Assembly: GCA_035764085.1 (NCBI GenBank) | Contig: DASTZY010000082.1 | Location: 11,218-75,217, forward strand | Direction: 5' to 3' | DNA: 64,000 nt | Source: Gaiellaceae bacterium | Lineage (GTDB): Bacteria; Actinomycetota; Thermoleophilia; Gaiellales; Gaiellaceae | Shown: piece after piece, positions 8,224 to 17,245 of the stretch | Position numbering within the stretch: position 1 is the stretch's first letter | Layout: every line of letters begins with the position of its first letter | Position numbers and translations under genes: made by a program | Notes under the pieces: model-generated | The model's input: only the letters and a program-made list of their open reading frames with translations | Databases searched by the model: none | What the model was told of the DNA's origin: nothing

Positions 8224-9699
8224 CTAGGCCGTGGGTACCGCCTGCGCCTCCGGCGCCGGCGGGGCTCCGTCACCTCCTTCGGCCAGCACCGACCCGAACT
8301 GCGCGACCTTGTCCGGCGCGCCGACGTGCAGCCACAGCAGGTAGGCGACGCCGAGCACGAGCCAACCGAGCGCGACCCAGATCGAGTAGCTGGTCGGCGC
8401 CGGCGGGCGGGGAGTGATCGACCAGTAGATCGTCAGGCCGCACACGACGATCGCGGCCACCGGCAGGACGACGTCCCAGAGGACGTTGTACGCGACGGCC
8501 GACGCGGTCCGCGTCCTCCAGAAGTACGCCATCCCGCCGAGTGAGACGAGGATGTACGTGCCGAGGATCCCGAAGGTCGCGGTCGTCGCCATGAAGGCGA
8601 AGTACGTGAACGGGTCGTTCCAGACACCGCGCGCGAGCCAGCTCACGAGGATCACGGTGAGGGCGAGAGACGCGATGATGGCGACCCACGGCGTCCTGAA
8701 GCGCGGGTGCGTCCACGCGAACCCCTTTGGCAGGCCGCCCTCGCGTCCCATCGCGAACGCGGTGCGCGAGACGAGCGCCGTACCCGCCAGCGCGGCCACG
8801 AAGGCGTCGACGACGACTGCGACGTCGACGAGGGTGGCGAACCAGCTGCCGACGTACCGCGTGGCGAGCGTGTCGAGCGCCGCGGGGTTGCTCGCCCACG
8901 CGGCCGAGTTGTTCACGCCGAAGCCGACGGACATCGCCCACGTCACGAAGACGTAGAAGACGAGCGCGACCAGCACGGCCGAGAGGATCGCCTTCGGGAT
9001 CACCTTGAGCGGCTCCGCCGACTCCTCGCCGAGCGACGCCGCCGCCTCGAAGCCGATGAAGCCGGTGAAGGCGAAGACCATCGCGTAGAAGAAGTCGTGG
9101 GCGCTGTGCGCCTGGTTGAAGTTGAACGGCTGGAGCGTCACTCCCGAGGCGCCGCCCTTGCCGAGGATCACGAACGCCATGATCACGAGCAGGAGCACGC
9201 CCAGGCCCGCGAAGAGGAGCTGCGTGCGGGTCGCGAGCCGGATCCCGAGCAGCGCGAACACGGTCAGCAGCGCGACGAGGATCCAGAAGCACTGGAACCA
9301 GCTCAGGTCGAGCGACGTGTGCACCGTGAGGACCGTCGAGAGGAAGAAGGACGAGATGATGAGCACGAACGAGATCCCGGCGGCGAAGCCCCACGCGTAG
9401 AGCCAGCCGCCGATGAAGCCAGCGTTGCAGTCGAGGCCTCGCGCCGTGTACGTGTAGAGGCCGCCCGCGCTGGCCATCCGCCGGGTGAAGCGGATGATCA
9501 CGGAGGCGAGACAGAGCGAGCCGACGCCGGCGGTGAGGTAGACGAGCGGCACGGTGGGCCCGGCGAAGCCGGCCGCGCTGCTCGTGGCGAGCGAGCTCGC
9601 CATGACGAGGGCGAGCAGGGCGAGGGAGAGGCCAAAGGTCTCCCCCAGGCCGAGGATGCCGCGGCGAAGGGATCCAACGCGGCCGAGCGATTCGAGCAT
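8224..9699 (-). CDS. APC-family amino acid/polyamine permease
   Basis: 491 aa with about 12 hydrophobic segments. The N-terminal region GLGETFGLSLALLAL...AGGLYTYT is typical of the APC superfamily. Confidence 0.8.
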   Translation of the reverse strand: MLESLGRVGSLRRGILGLGETFGLSLALLALVMASSLATSSAAGFAGPTVPLVYLTAGVGSLCLASVIIRFTRRMASAGGLYTYTARGLDCNAGFIGGWLYAWGFAAGISFVLIISSFFLSTVLTVHTSLDLSWFQCFWILVALLTVFALLGIRLATRTQLLFAGLGVLLLVIMAFVILGKGGASGVTLQPFNFNQAHSAHDFFYAMVFAFTGFIGFEAAASLGEESAEPLKVIPKAILSAVLVALVFYVFVTWAMSVGFGVNNSAAWASNPAALDTLATRYVGSWFATLVDVAVVVDAFVAALAGTALVSRTAFAMGREGGLPKGFAWTHPRFRTPWVAIIASLALTVILVSWLARGVWNDPFTYFAFMATTATFGILGTYILVSLGGMAYFWRTRTASAVAYNVLWDVVLPVAAIVVCGLTIYWSITPRPPAPTSYSIWVALGWLVLGVAYLLWLHVGAPDKVAQFGSVLAEGGDGAPPAPEAQAVPTA

Positions 9700-9726
9700 C
9701 TTTCCCTCCCTGCTGGTCGGAGCTTG

Positions 9727-10365
9727 CTAGTCCGGGACGAGGGCGAGCACGCGCGCGGGCGCTCCGTTCGCCGCGCGCACCTTCAGCGGCGCGACGACGA
9801 CCTGTGTCCGCGCCGGCAGAAGGCCGAGGTTGGTGAGGTTCTCGAGGATCATTCGACCCGCGCCGAGCCAGACCTTGTGCAGGTCGAAGGTCTCGGTGTC
9901 GACCGGGTCGGCCGACGGCCCGTCGAAGCCGATGCCGACGATGCCGCGCTCGGCGAGTGCGCGCGACGCCTCGGCGTCCGGATAGGACCAACCCGTCCAG
10001 TAGTCCTCACTGCCCCAGTTGCGGCCGTTGTCGGAGTAGAGGAAGAGCCAGTCCCCCTCGTGGAGGTCCGCGGCCAGCGGCTCGAGCTCGCTCCACCCCA
10101 CGGCACCGGGCTCGCGGCCGGAGAGGTCGAGGGTCACCGCGTCGGTGACGAACGACTCGAGCGGGATCTCGTCGTGGCTGGCCCCGCCCGCGATCTGGTG
10201 CGAGGGGAAGTCGACGTGGGTGCCGATGTGGTTGAGCAGGGTGTACTCCGACATCGCGTAGCCGTCGCGCTCTACCTGCGCGAAGTCGTGGAAGGACGGC
10301 GAGGGGAGCCCCGGATAGAGCGGCATGTCGTCCGCGTAGGCGTGGCTCAGGTCGACGATCCGCAC
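9727..10365 (-). CDS. Putative cyclase / kynurenine-formamidase-like hydrolase (PF04199-like)
   Basis: Tail of track ORF 9727..10584, starting at GTG 10365. Motif HIGTHVDFPSH fits HxGTHxDxPxH. Confidence 0.75.
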   Translation of the reverse strand: MRIVDLSHAYADDMPLYPGLPSPSFHDFAQVERDGYAMSEYTLLNHIGTHVDFPSHQIAGGASHDEIPLESFVTDAVTLDLSGREPGAVGWSELEPLAADLHEGDWLFLYSDNGRNWGSEDYWTGWSYPDAEASRALAERGIVGIGFDGPSADPVDTETFDLHKVWLGAGRMILENLTNLGLLPARTQVVVAPLKVRAANGAPARVLALVPD

Positions 10366-10400
10366 GGGGCCGAGTATGCAGCCGCGCGCGGCGGTCGTGC

Positions 10401-10886
10401 TTAGCGCAGCCGCGCCGCGACGATGACCGCCATCTCGGGAGTAGCGAGGATCTCGGCGGCAGCGAGCCGCGGGTCGCGGAGGAGGAACTCGCGCACCTCG
10501 TCTCCTTCGACAGGGCGGCCCGGGGTCAGGTCGTCCTTGACCAGGATCCCGCCAGGCTCGACGAGGGCCAGGATCGCCTCCCACTTCTCCTCCGTCACCG
10601 GCCGCAGCCCGGCGTCGACGAAGACGAGGCCGAAGGGGCCGCGGCCCTGCAGCAGCTCGTAGGCGTCGCCGTCGAGCAGCTCGACGTTAGGGATCCCGGC
10701 GAGGCGCTCGCGTGCGACCGCGACGCGCTTGGGATCCCGCTCGACGGTGACCACGCTGCGCGCGGTCTCGGCGAGGATCGCGGCCGTCTCGCCGAACGCG
10801 GCACCCATCTCGGCGACGTCCCGTCCCGCGGCGAGCACGCGTAGCAACGCCTGGACCTCGGGGATCGCGGTCGCGCCGTAGGTCAG
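10401..10886 (-). CDS. Class I SAM-dependent O-methyltransferase-like protein (short); start uncertain (CTG 10886 or TTG 10847)
   Basis: Motifs EMGAAFG, VVTVERD, FGLVFVDAG, VEPGGILVKDD. Homology-like residues TYGATAIPEVQA continue upstream of TTG 10847 to a CTG that overlaps the upstream stop (CTGA). Confidence 0.65.
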   Translation of the reverse strand: MTYGATAIPEVQALLRVLAAGRDVAEMGAAFGETAAILAETARSVVTVERDPKRVAVARERLAGIPNVELLDGDAYELLQGRGPFGLVFVDAGLRPVTEEKWEAILALVEPGGILVKDDLTPGRPVEGDEVREFLLRDPRLAAAEILATPEMAVIVAARLR

Positions 10887-11386
10887 AGGAGTTCTCGGTC
10901 GCGGACGATCACCGCGTCGACGCCCGCCCGCTCAAGCTCCTCGAAGAACGCCTCGTCCGTCTCTCGCAGCTCGGCGATCACGAGCTTCCCGGCCGGCACG
11001 TCCGCGAGCAGGTCGAGGACGCTCTCGAAGGTGCCGTTGAGCAGGAGCAGCTCCGGATCGAACCGCTCGAGCACCTCCTGGAGCTGCTCCTCGTCGTCGA
11101 CCCACAGCGCCAGCTCGAGGTCCTCTCCCGCCTCGACCCGATGCGCGTCAGAGGCGCGGACGACGCAGGCGTCGGCATGCCGGATCCCGTCCTCTCCGGC
11201 GTTGACCCAGAAGCAGAGGATCGGCAGCGTGGTCGCGTCCCGCACCGCGGCGACGTCTCCCACGACGGCGACCGCCTCGGCGCCGTTGGCCTCGGCTGCT
11301 CGTGCGGTGTCGGCGTCGCCGACGAGCGCGACGAGCGAGATGCCGTCGCCCTCGGCGATCGCGTGGCTGACCGGGCGGTCGGTCAC
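10883..11386 (-). CDS. Small TIM-barrel-like protein resembling a truncated indole-3-glycerol-phosphate synthase fold; function unknown
   Basis: Tail of track ORF 10883..12016. GTG 11386 lies in a GTGA overlap. Segments GISLVALV, TTLPILCFWV, ELALWVDDEEQL and GVDAVIV recall IGPS strands, but the catalytic motifs are not evident. Confidence 0.55.
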   Translation of the reverse strand: MTDRPVSHAIAEGDGISLVALVGDADTARAAEANGAEAVAVVGDVAAVRDATTLPILCFWVNAGEDGIRHADACVVRASDAHRVEAGEDLELALWVDDEEQLQEVLERFDPELLLLNGTFESVLDLLADVPAGKLVIAELRETDEAFFEELERAGVDAVIVRDRELL

Positions 11387-12183
11387 TGCCCCATCGGGTG
11401 CCAGACGGTCTTCAGCTCGAGGAAGGAGGCGATCTCCCACGGGCTCTGCACGTCGGTGCGACCGCGCACGACGCGCTTCACGTTGTCGGCGGCGAGGCGC
11501 TCGAGATCGGGCGCGTCGCCGTCGGCGCCGCAGAGGTCGATCGCGTTCACGTCCATGTGGGACGCGAGCACGGGCGCGAGCTCGGCGTGGTGGCCCGTGA
11601 GGAGGTTGACGACGCCGCCGGGCACGTCGCTCGTCGCGAGCGCCTCGGCCAGCTCCACCGCCGCGAGCGGGCGCGTCTCGGACGCGACGGCGACGACGGC
11701 GTTCCCGCCGACGAGCGGCGGCAGGAGACGTGTCAGGAGCCCGAGCAACGGCGGCTCGTCGGGCGCCAGCACGGCGACGACGCCGGTCGGCTCCGGGACC
11801 GTGAAATTGAAGTACGGGCCGGCGACGGGGTTCGAGCCGCCGAGCACCTGAGGCAGCTTGTCCGCCCAGCCCGCGTACCAGACCACGCGGTCGATCGAGC
11901 GCTCCACCTCGTCGCGCCCGCTGCACAGCTCGGCGAACTCGGCCGCACGCGCCTCGACCATCTCGGCGATGCGGTAGAGCACCTGGCCGCGGTTGTACGC
12001 GGTGGCCGCGGCCCACTTGGGCTGCGCGTCGCGGGCGGCGCGGACGGCGTCGCGGACGTCCTTGCGCGAGGCACGGGCGACGTTCTGGCCCTCGGCCTCG
12101 TACGTGCGGCCCGACTCGCTGCGCGGGAAGGCGCCGCCGATGAACAGCTTGTACGTCTTCTTGACGGGAAGGCGCTCAGCCAC
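11383..12183 (-). CDS. Aldehyde-dehydrogenase-family paralogue lacking the catalytic domain (266 aa)
   Basis: Keeps ALDH N-terminal and cofactor-domain motifs (KLFIGGAF, GVVAVLAPDEPPLLG, GNAVVAVASE, PGGVVNLLTG). No ELGGK or catalytic Cys motif. ATG 12183 overlaps the upstream ALDH by 8 nt. Confidence 0.8.
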   Translation of the reverse strand: MAERLPVKKTYKLFIGGAFPRSESGRTYEAEGQNVARASRKDVRDAVRAARDAQPKWAAATAYNRGQVLYRIAEMVEARAAEFAELCSGRDEVERSIDRVVWYAGWADKLPQVLGGSNPVAGPYFNFTVPEPTGVVAVLAPDEPPLLGLLTRLLPPLVGGNAVVAVASETRPLAAVELAEALATSDVPGGVVNLLTGHHAELAPVLASHMDVNAIDLCGADGDAPDLERLAADNVKRVVRGRTDVQSPWEIASFLELKTVWHPMGQ

Positions 12184-13684
12184 CGAACGTCTCCGAATCC
12201 TCGAACTTCAGGTACGGCTCGAGCCCGTGCAGCCCGCCCTCGCGGCCGAAGCCGGACTCCTTGTAGCCGCCGAACGGCGAGGTCGGGTCGAAGCGGTTGA
12301 ACGTGTTCGCCCACACGACCCCGGCGCGCAGGCGCTGCGCCATCCAGAGGATCCGCGAGCCCTTCTCCGTCCAGACGCCGGCGCTCAGGCCGTACGGCGT
12401 GTTGTTGGCCTTCTCGACCGCTTCGTCCGGCGTGCGGAAGGTGAGGACGGAGAGGACGGGGCCGAAGATCTCCTCCTGCGCGATCCGGTAGCTCTGGGCG
12501 ACGTTGGTGAACACGGTCGGCGCGAACCAGTAGCCCTTCTCCGGTAGCACGCAGGGCGGCTGGTAGATCTCGGCGCCCTCGTCGACGCCGGACGCGACGA
12601 GCTCCTGGATCTTCTCGAGCTGGGCGGCGGAGTTGATCGCGCCGACGTCGGTGTTCTTGTCGAGCGGGTCGCCGACGCGCAGGGTCGAGAGGCGGCGCTG
12701 GAGCTTCGCCACGAGCGGCTCGTAGATCGACTCCTGGACGAAGAGGCGCGACCCGGCGCAGCAGACGTGGCCCTGGTTGAAGTAGATGCCGTTGACGATC
12801 CCCTCGACGGCCTGGTCCAGCGCCGCGTCGTCGAAGACGATGTTGGCGGCCTTGCCGCCGAGCTCGAGGGTCAGCCGCTTGCCGGTGCCGGCGAGCTGCC
12901 GCTGGATCGCCTTGCCCACCTCGGTCGAGCCGGTGAACGCGATCTTGTCGACGTCCTCGCTCTCGACGATGGCGGCGCCGGTGCTCCCGTCCCCGGTGAC
13001 GATGTTGACGACGCCGGCCGGGAGCTCGGCCTGGCGGAGCACGTCGGCGAAGAGCAGAGCCGTGAGGGGTGTCGTCTCGGCCGGCTTGAGCACGACCGTG
13101 TTGCCGCACGCGAGCGCCGGCGCGATCTTCCACGCGAGCATCAGCAGCGGGAAGTTCCACGGGATGATCTGGCCGGCGACGCCGACCGGCCGCGGGCGGC
13201 GGTTGGGGAAGGCGTACTCGAGCTTGTCCGCCCAGCCGGCGTAGTAGAAGAAGTGGGCCGCCGCGAGCGGGAGGTCGACGTCGCGCGATTCCTTGATCGG
13301 CTTGCCGCCGTTGAGCGACTCGAGGACGGCGAACTCGCGCGAGCGCTCCTGGAGGAGGCGCGCGATGCGGAACAGGTACTTCGCCCGTTCGGAGCCGGGA
13401 AGCGACGACCAGCCGTCGGCGTAGGCGGCGCGGGCGGCGGCGACGGCGCGACCGACGTCGGCGGGCGTGCCCTGGCCGACGGCCGCGAGAGGCTCCTCGT
13501 CGCGCGGCGCGATCGTCTCGTACGTCTCCGCCGCCTCCAGCCACTCGCCGCCGACGAAGTGGCCGTAGCGCTCGGCGATGTGGACGATGTCGCGCGACTC
13601 GGGCGCGCTCGCGTACGTCCAGTCGCCGGGGACGCCGACCTCGCGCTGCTGCTTGTCGAGCTCAGACACGCCCGCTCCGGACAT
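12176..13684 (-). CDS. NAD(P)-dependent aldehyde dehydrogenase (full length)
   Basis: Track ORF 12176..13741, ATG 13684 chosen. Motifs IPWNFPLLM, GNTVVLKPAE, LELGGKAANIV, NQGHVCCAGSR. Confidence 0.9.
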   Translation of the reverse strand: MSGAGVSELDKQQREVGVPGDWTYASAPESRDIVHIAERYGHFVGGEWLEAAETYETIAPRDEEPLAAVGQGTPADVGRAVAAARAAYADGWSSLPGSERAKYLFRIARLLQERSREFAVLESLNGGKPIKESRDVDLPLAAAHFFYYAGWADKLEYAFPNRRPRPVGVAGQIIPWNFPLLMLAWKIAPALACGNTVVLKPAETTPLTALLFADVLRQAELPAGVVNIVTGDGSTGAAIVESEDVDKIAFTGSTEVGKAIQRQLAGTGKRLTLELGGKAANIVFDDAALDQAVEGIVNGIYFNQGHVCCAGSRLFVQESIYEPLVAKLQRRLSTLRVGDPLDKNTDVGAINSAAQLEKIQELVASGVDEGAEIYQPPCVLPEKGYWFAPTVFTNVAQSYRIAQEEIFGPVLSVLTFRTPDEAVEKANNTPYGLSAGVWTEKGSRILWMAQRLRAGVVWANTFNRFDPTSPFGGYKESGFGREGGLHGLEPYLKFEDSETFGG

Positions 13685-13816
13685 GGTCGGGGCGGACGGG
13701 TGTGGTGTGCGGAGCGCGCGGACCCCAAACCCGCCCCCCACCCTTGTGGGAGGGGGCGAGCTTAGGCTCGCAGGGCTTGTGCGATCGTGCCGATTGCGTC
13801 ACGAAACCGTGCCTTC

Positions 13817-14755
13817 TCAATCCTTCGTGAAGTAGTCGCCGCTCTGGTACGCGCCCGTCTGCTCCTTGCGCAACTGCATGAGGATGTCGTTCAGCAGCGA
13901 CGAGGCGCCGAGCCGGTACAGCTCCGGCCGCAGCCACTCCGGCCCGAGCGTCTCGTGGACGAGTACGAGGTGCTGCACCGCCTGCTTGGCCTGCCGGATC
14001 CCGCCCGCGGCCTTGAAGCCGACGCGGCGCCCAGTCTCCTCGTACACGTCCCGGATCGCCTCGAGCATGCAGAGCGCGACCGGGAGCGTCGCGGCAGGTG
14101 CGATCTTGCCGGTCGACGTCTTCACGAAGTCTGCCCCGGCCGCGATCGACAGCAGGGTCGCGCGCCTCACGTTGTCGTACGTCCCGAGCTCGCCGGTCTC
14201 GAGGATCACCTTCAGATGTGCGCCGCCGCAGGCCTCCTTGACCTGGACGATCTCGTCGTACACCTTCGCGTACCGGCCGGAGAGGAACGCGCCGCGGTCG
14301 ATCACCATGTCGATCTCGTCCGCACCCAGCTCCGCCGTCGCGCGAACGTCCGCGACCTTCACCGCGGTCGGGTACTGCCCGGACGGGAACCCGGTGGCGA
14401 CCGCCGCCACCTTCACCTCGCTGCCCGCCAGCCGCTCGCGCACCGCCGGCACGAGGTTCGGATACACGCAAACGGCGGCCACCGCCGGCACCGAGGGGTC
14501 GGACGGGTCCGGCCGGCGTGCCTTCGAGGCGATCGCAGCCGCCTTGCCGGGCGTGTCGGCTCCCTCGAGCGTCGTCAGGTCGGTCGTCCGGATGGCGAGC
14601 TGCAGCGCCCAGACCTTCGCCTCGCGCTTGATCGAGCGCTTGGCGAGGGACCCCGCGCGCTCCTCGAGCGCGACCGCGTCGACCGCGCCGATCCGCGGCA
14701 GGCGGGCCTCGAGCGGCAGCTCGAACCCGGCGGGAAGCACGGGAGCCTGGGCCAT
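13817..14755 (-). CDS. deoC: Deoxyribose-phosphate aldolase (long actinobacterial form)
   Basis: 312 aa. Schiff-base lysine context FVKTSTGK, plus VAAVCVYP and KVILETGEL. Confidence 0.9.
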   Translation of the reverse strand: MAQAPVLPAGFELPLEARLPRIGAVDAVALEERAGSLAKRSIKREAKVWALQLAIRTTDLTTLEGADTPGKAAAIASKARRPDPSDPSVPAVAAVCVYPNLVPAVRERLAGSEVKVAAVATGFPSGQYPTAVKVADVRATAELGADEIDMVIDRGAFLSGRYAKVYDEIVQVKEACGGAHLKVILETGELGTYDNVRRATLLSIAAGADFVKTSTGKIAPAATLPVALCMLEAIRDVYEETGRRVGFKAAGGIRQAKQAVQHLVLVHETLGPEWLRPELYRLGASSLLNDILMQLRKEQTGAYQSGDYFTKD

Positions 14756-14834
14756 GCGTTGAGTCTAGTCCGGGCCGCGTCCCGGCAATCGCCGTCCACG
14801 AGGAGGCCGGAGAGGAGGGCTACCCTGTGGACTC

Positions 14835-15938
14835 GTGAAGAGGGCGATTGCCTGTCTCGCGGCCGTCGCGGCGGTCGCCGTGGTGACGGCGTGCGTCAAG
14901 CCGGGTCCGACGAGCTCGGGCGTGGCGGCGGCGACGCACACGCACATCACCGCGACAGCCGGCTTCTCGAACACGGCCGAGACCGTGATGGGCACTCTCG
15001 TCGCCCCGCCGAGCGCGAGGTTCCTCTCCCGGATCCGCAACGGGAAGATGGGCGGCGTCCTCCTCCTCGGCAACGGCTGGCTGACCCGCAGCACGGCCGC
15101 CACCGTCACCGCCGAGCTGCAGCGGGCCGCCTGCACGCGGGGCGAACCGCTGCTCATCGCGGTCGATCAGGAGGGCGGCATCGTCAGGCGCCTCGCGTGG
15201 GCGCCGCCGACCGAGGCGCCGGACGAGATGGCCAGCGCCACCGCCGCGCAGGAACAGGCGTCGGAGGCCGCGGCGGCTCTCCGCTCCGTCGGCATCGACG
15301 TCGACTTCGCGCCCGTCGCAGACACACCCGGCTCGGCGCGCAGCTTCCTCGGCTCGCGGGCCTTTTCGCATTCCCGCACCTGGAACGCGCAGATGGCCCA
15401 CGCCTTCGTCGACGGAATGCAGGCGGGCGGGATCGCGGCCACGGCGAAGCACTTCCCCGGCCTCGGCCTTGCGGGCGGGAACACCGACCACGGACGGATC
15501 ATGATCCGGTCGGCCGCCTGGAAGGTCCGGCAGGGGCTGCTCCCCTTCAAGAGTTCGGTCGAGGCCGGCGTGCAGCTCGTGATGCTCTCGACGGCGATCT
15601 ACCCGAAGCTCGACCCGGCGGACAGGCCTGCCGCCTTCTCGCCGGCCATCGTGAGCGGGATCCTGCGCAAGCAGCTCGGCTTCAAGGGCGTGACGGTCAC
15701 CGACTCCCTGACCGCCCCGGCCGCCGACCGGATCCCGCACACCGCCACGCGGGCGATGCTCGCCGGTTCCGACCTGCTCATCTTCGGCGCCGAGAGCGCG
15801 AGCGAGCGCGGCTACGCGACGCTGCTCGCGGACGAGGCCGGCTCACCTCGGCTGCAGGCCCGGCTCACGCAGGCCGCGGCCCGCGTCCGGGCGCTGAAGG
15901 CGTGGCTCGCCGAGCACGGCAGCGCCACCTGCTCCTAG
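14835..15938 (+). CDS. Glycoside hydrolase family 3 N-terminal-domain lipoprotein (NagZ-like beta-N-acetylhexosaminidase)
   Basis: Lipobox-like AVVTAC. Motifs AVDQEGGIV and KHFPGLG. Confidence 0.8.
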   Translation: MKRAIACLAAVAAVAVVTACVKPGPTSSGVAAATHTHITATAGFSNTAETVMGTLVAPPSARFLSRIRNGKMGGVLLLGNGWLTRSTAATVTAELQRAACTRGEPLLIAVDQEGGIVRRLAWAPPTEAPDEMASATAAQEQASEAAAALRSVGIDVDFAPVADTPGSARSFLGSRAFSHSRTWNAQMAHAFVDGMQAGGIAATAKHFPGLGLAGGNTDHGRIMIRSAAWKVRQGLLPFKSSVEAGVQLVMLSTAIYPKLDPADRPAAFSPAIVSGILRKQLGFKGVTVTDSLTAPAADRIPHTATRAMLAGSDLLIFGAESASERGYATLLADEAGSPRLQARLTQAAARVRALKAWLAEHGSATCS

Positions 15939-16799
15939 CTAGAGCCCGAGCCGCTCGAGCGTCGAGGTGTCGCGACGCCAGCGCGGCCGCACCTTGACCT
16001 TGAGCTCGAGGAAGACCGGGTGGCCGAGCAGCGCCTCGATCTCCGGCCTCGCCCGCGTCCCGATGCCCTTCACGACCGAGCCGCTCTTGCCCACCACGAT
16101 CTGCTTCTGCGACTCGGTCTCGACGAGGATCGACGCGCGCACGACCTTCTCCTCGATCTCCTCCACCTCGACGGAGATCGCGTGCGGCACCTCGTCGCGC
16201 GTCAGCCAGAGCGCCTTCTCGCGGATCAGCTCGGCCAGCTGCAGCTCCAGTGCGAGGTCGGTTCGCTGCTCCTGCGGGAAGTAGAGCGGCCCCTCGGGCA
16301 GGAGTGCGACCAGCTCGTCGCGGAGCGCCTCGATGCCGTCGCCGGTCTTCGCGCTGACCGGGTGGAGCGCGTGGAAGTTGCCGAGCTTCGCCGCGGAGTT
16401 CATCTGCGTCGCGATGTGGCCCGCCTTGAGGCGGTCGACCTTGTTGAGCGCGATCACGACGGGGACGCCGAGCCCGTAGACGCGCGACGCGATGAAGCGG
16501 TCGCCGGCGCCGATCCGCTCCCGCGCCGAAAGGACGAACAGGACGGCCTCCACCTCCTCGAACGCCGCGTCCACCGTCTTCTGCATGCGCTCCGTGAGCT
16601 CGTCGAGGGGACGCTGGAAGCCCGGCAGGTCGGCGAGGACGAGCTGGTGGTCGTCGCCGTTGGCGATCCCGAAGATGCGCCTCCGCGTCGTCTGCGGCTT
16701 GTCGGAGACGATCGCCACCTTGCCGCCGCAGAGCGCGTTCACGAGCGTCGACTTGCCGACGTTCGGGCGGCCGGCCACCGCGACGATCCCCGACTTCAC
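15939..16799 (-). CDS. era: GTPase Era
   Basis: Tail of track ORF 15939..17492. GTG 16799 lies in a GTGA overlap. G1 GRPNVGKST, DLPG, NKVD, KH-domain C-terminus. Confidence 0.9.
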   Translation of the reverse strand: MKSGIVAVAGRPNVGKSTLVNALCGGKVAIVSDKPQTTRRRIFGIANGDDHQLVLADLPGFQRPLDELTERMQKTVDAAFEEVEAVLFVLSARERIGAGDRFIASRVYGLGVPVVIALNKVDRLKAGHIATQMNSAAKLGNFHALHPVSAKTGDGIEALRDELVALLPEGPLYFPQEQRTDLALELQLAELIREKALWLTRDEVPHAISVEVEEIEEKVVRASILVETESQKQIVVGKSGSVVKGIGTRARPEIEALLGHPVFLELKVKVRPRWRRDTSTLERLGL

Positions 16800-17245
16800 A
16801 GCTCCAGCCCCATCCACGGAGCGACGCGTCCCCACTCCGTGACGTGGTCGCGCAGCCTCCGGCCGCCGAGCTTCTCGTAGAAGCCGACGGCGTTCACCTC
16901 GGCGCTCCACTCGAGCCGCCGGGCGCCGAGCTCGCGGGCGCGGTCCGCCGCGAGCCGGAAGAGCCGGCTGCCGAGCCCCCGGCCCATCGCCGCCGGATCG
17001 ACCCAGAGGTGGTCGAGCACGGCGACGCCGTCGGTCGGCGGCGTGAGCCCGGCCCACGCGACGATCTCGCCGTCCTCCTCGGCGACCCAGCGCTCCTGCT
17101 GGGCGGGAAAGTCGAGCCCGCCGGCCCAGCCGCGCACGAGATCGCGGTCGTAGCCCCAGTGCAGCTTCGACGCGAACGTCAGCTCGCGCAGCTGCCCGTT
17201 GTCCGCGGCCTCGCCGGCCCGGACGGTTACGACGGGAGATCCCAC
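16796..17245 (-). CDS. GNAT-family N-acetyltransferase
   Basis: Tail of track ORF 16796..18091. Motif LWVDPAAMGRGLGSRLF and GFYEKLG. Start at GTG 17245 is tentative and would overlap cdd by 19 nt. Confidence 0.75.
   Translation of the reverse strand: MGSPVVTVRAGEAADNGQLRELTFASKLHWGYDRDLVRGWAGGLDFPAQQERWVAEEDGEIVAWAGLTPPTDGVAVLDHLWVDPAAMGRGLGSRLFRLAADRARELGARRLEWSAEVNAVGFYEKLGGRRLRDHVTEWGRVAPWMGLEL

Noticed and set aside
10883-12183. The short ALDH plus the following 167-aa ORF as one frameshifted ALDH pseudogene
   Set aside because: The 167-aa product shows none of the ALDH catalytic-domain motifs (ELGGK, the Cys loop). The junction is a clean GTGA coupling like many others, and both ORFs keep strong GC3 coding bias.
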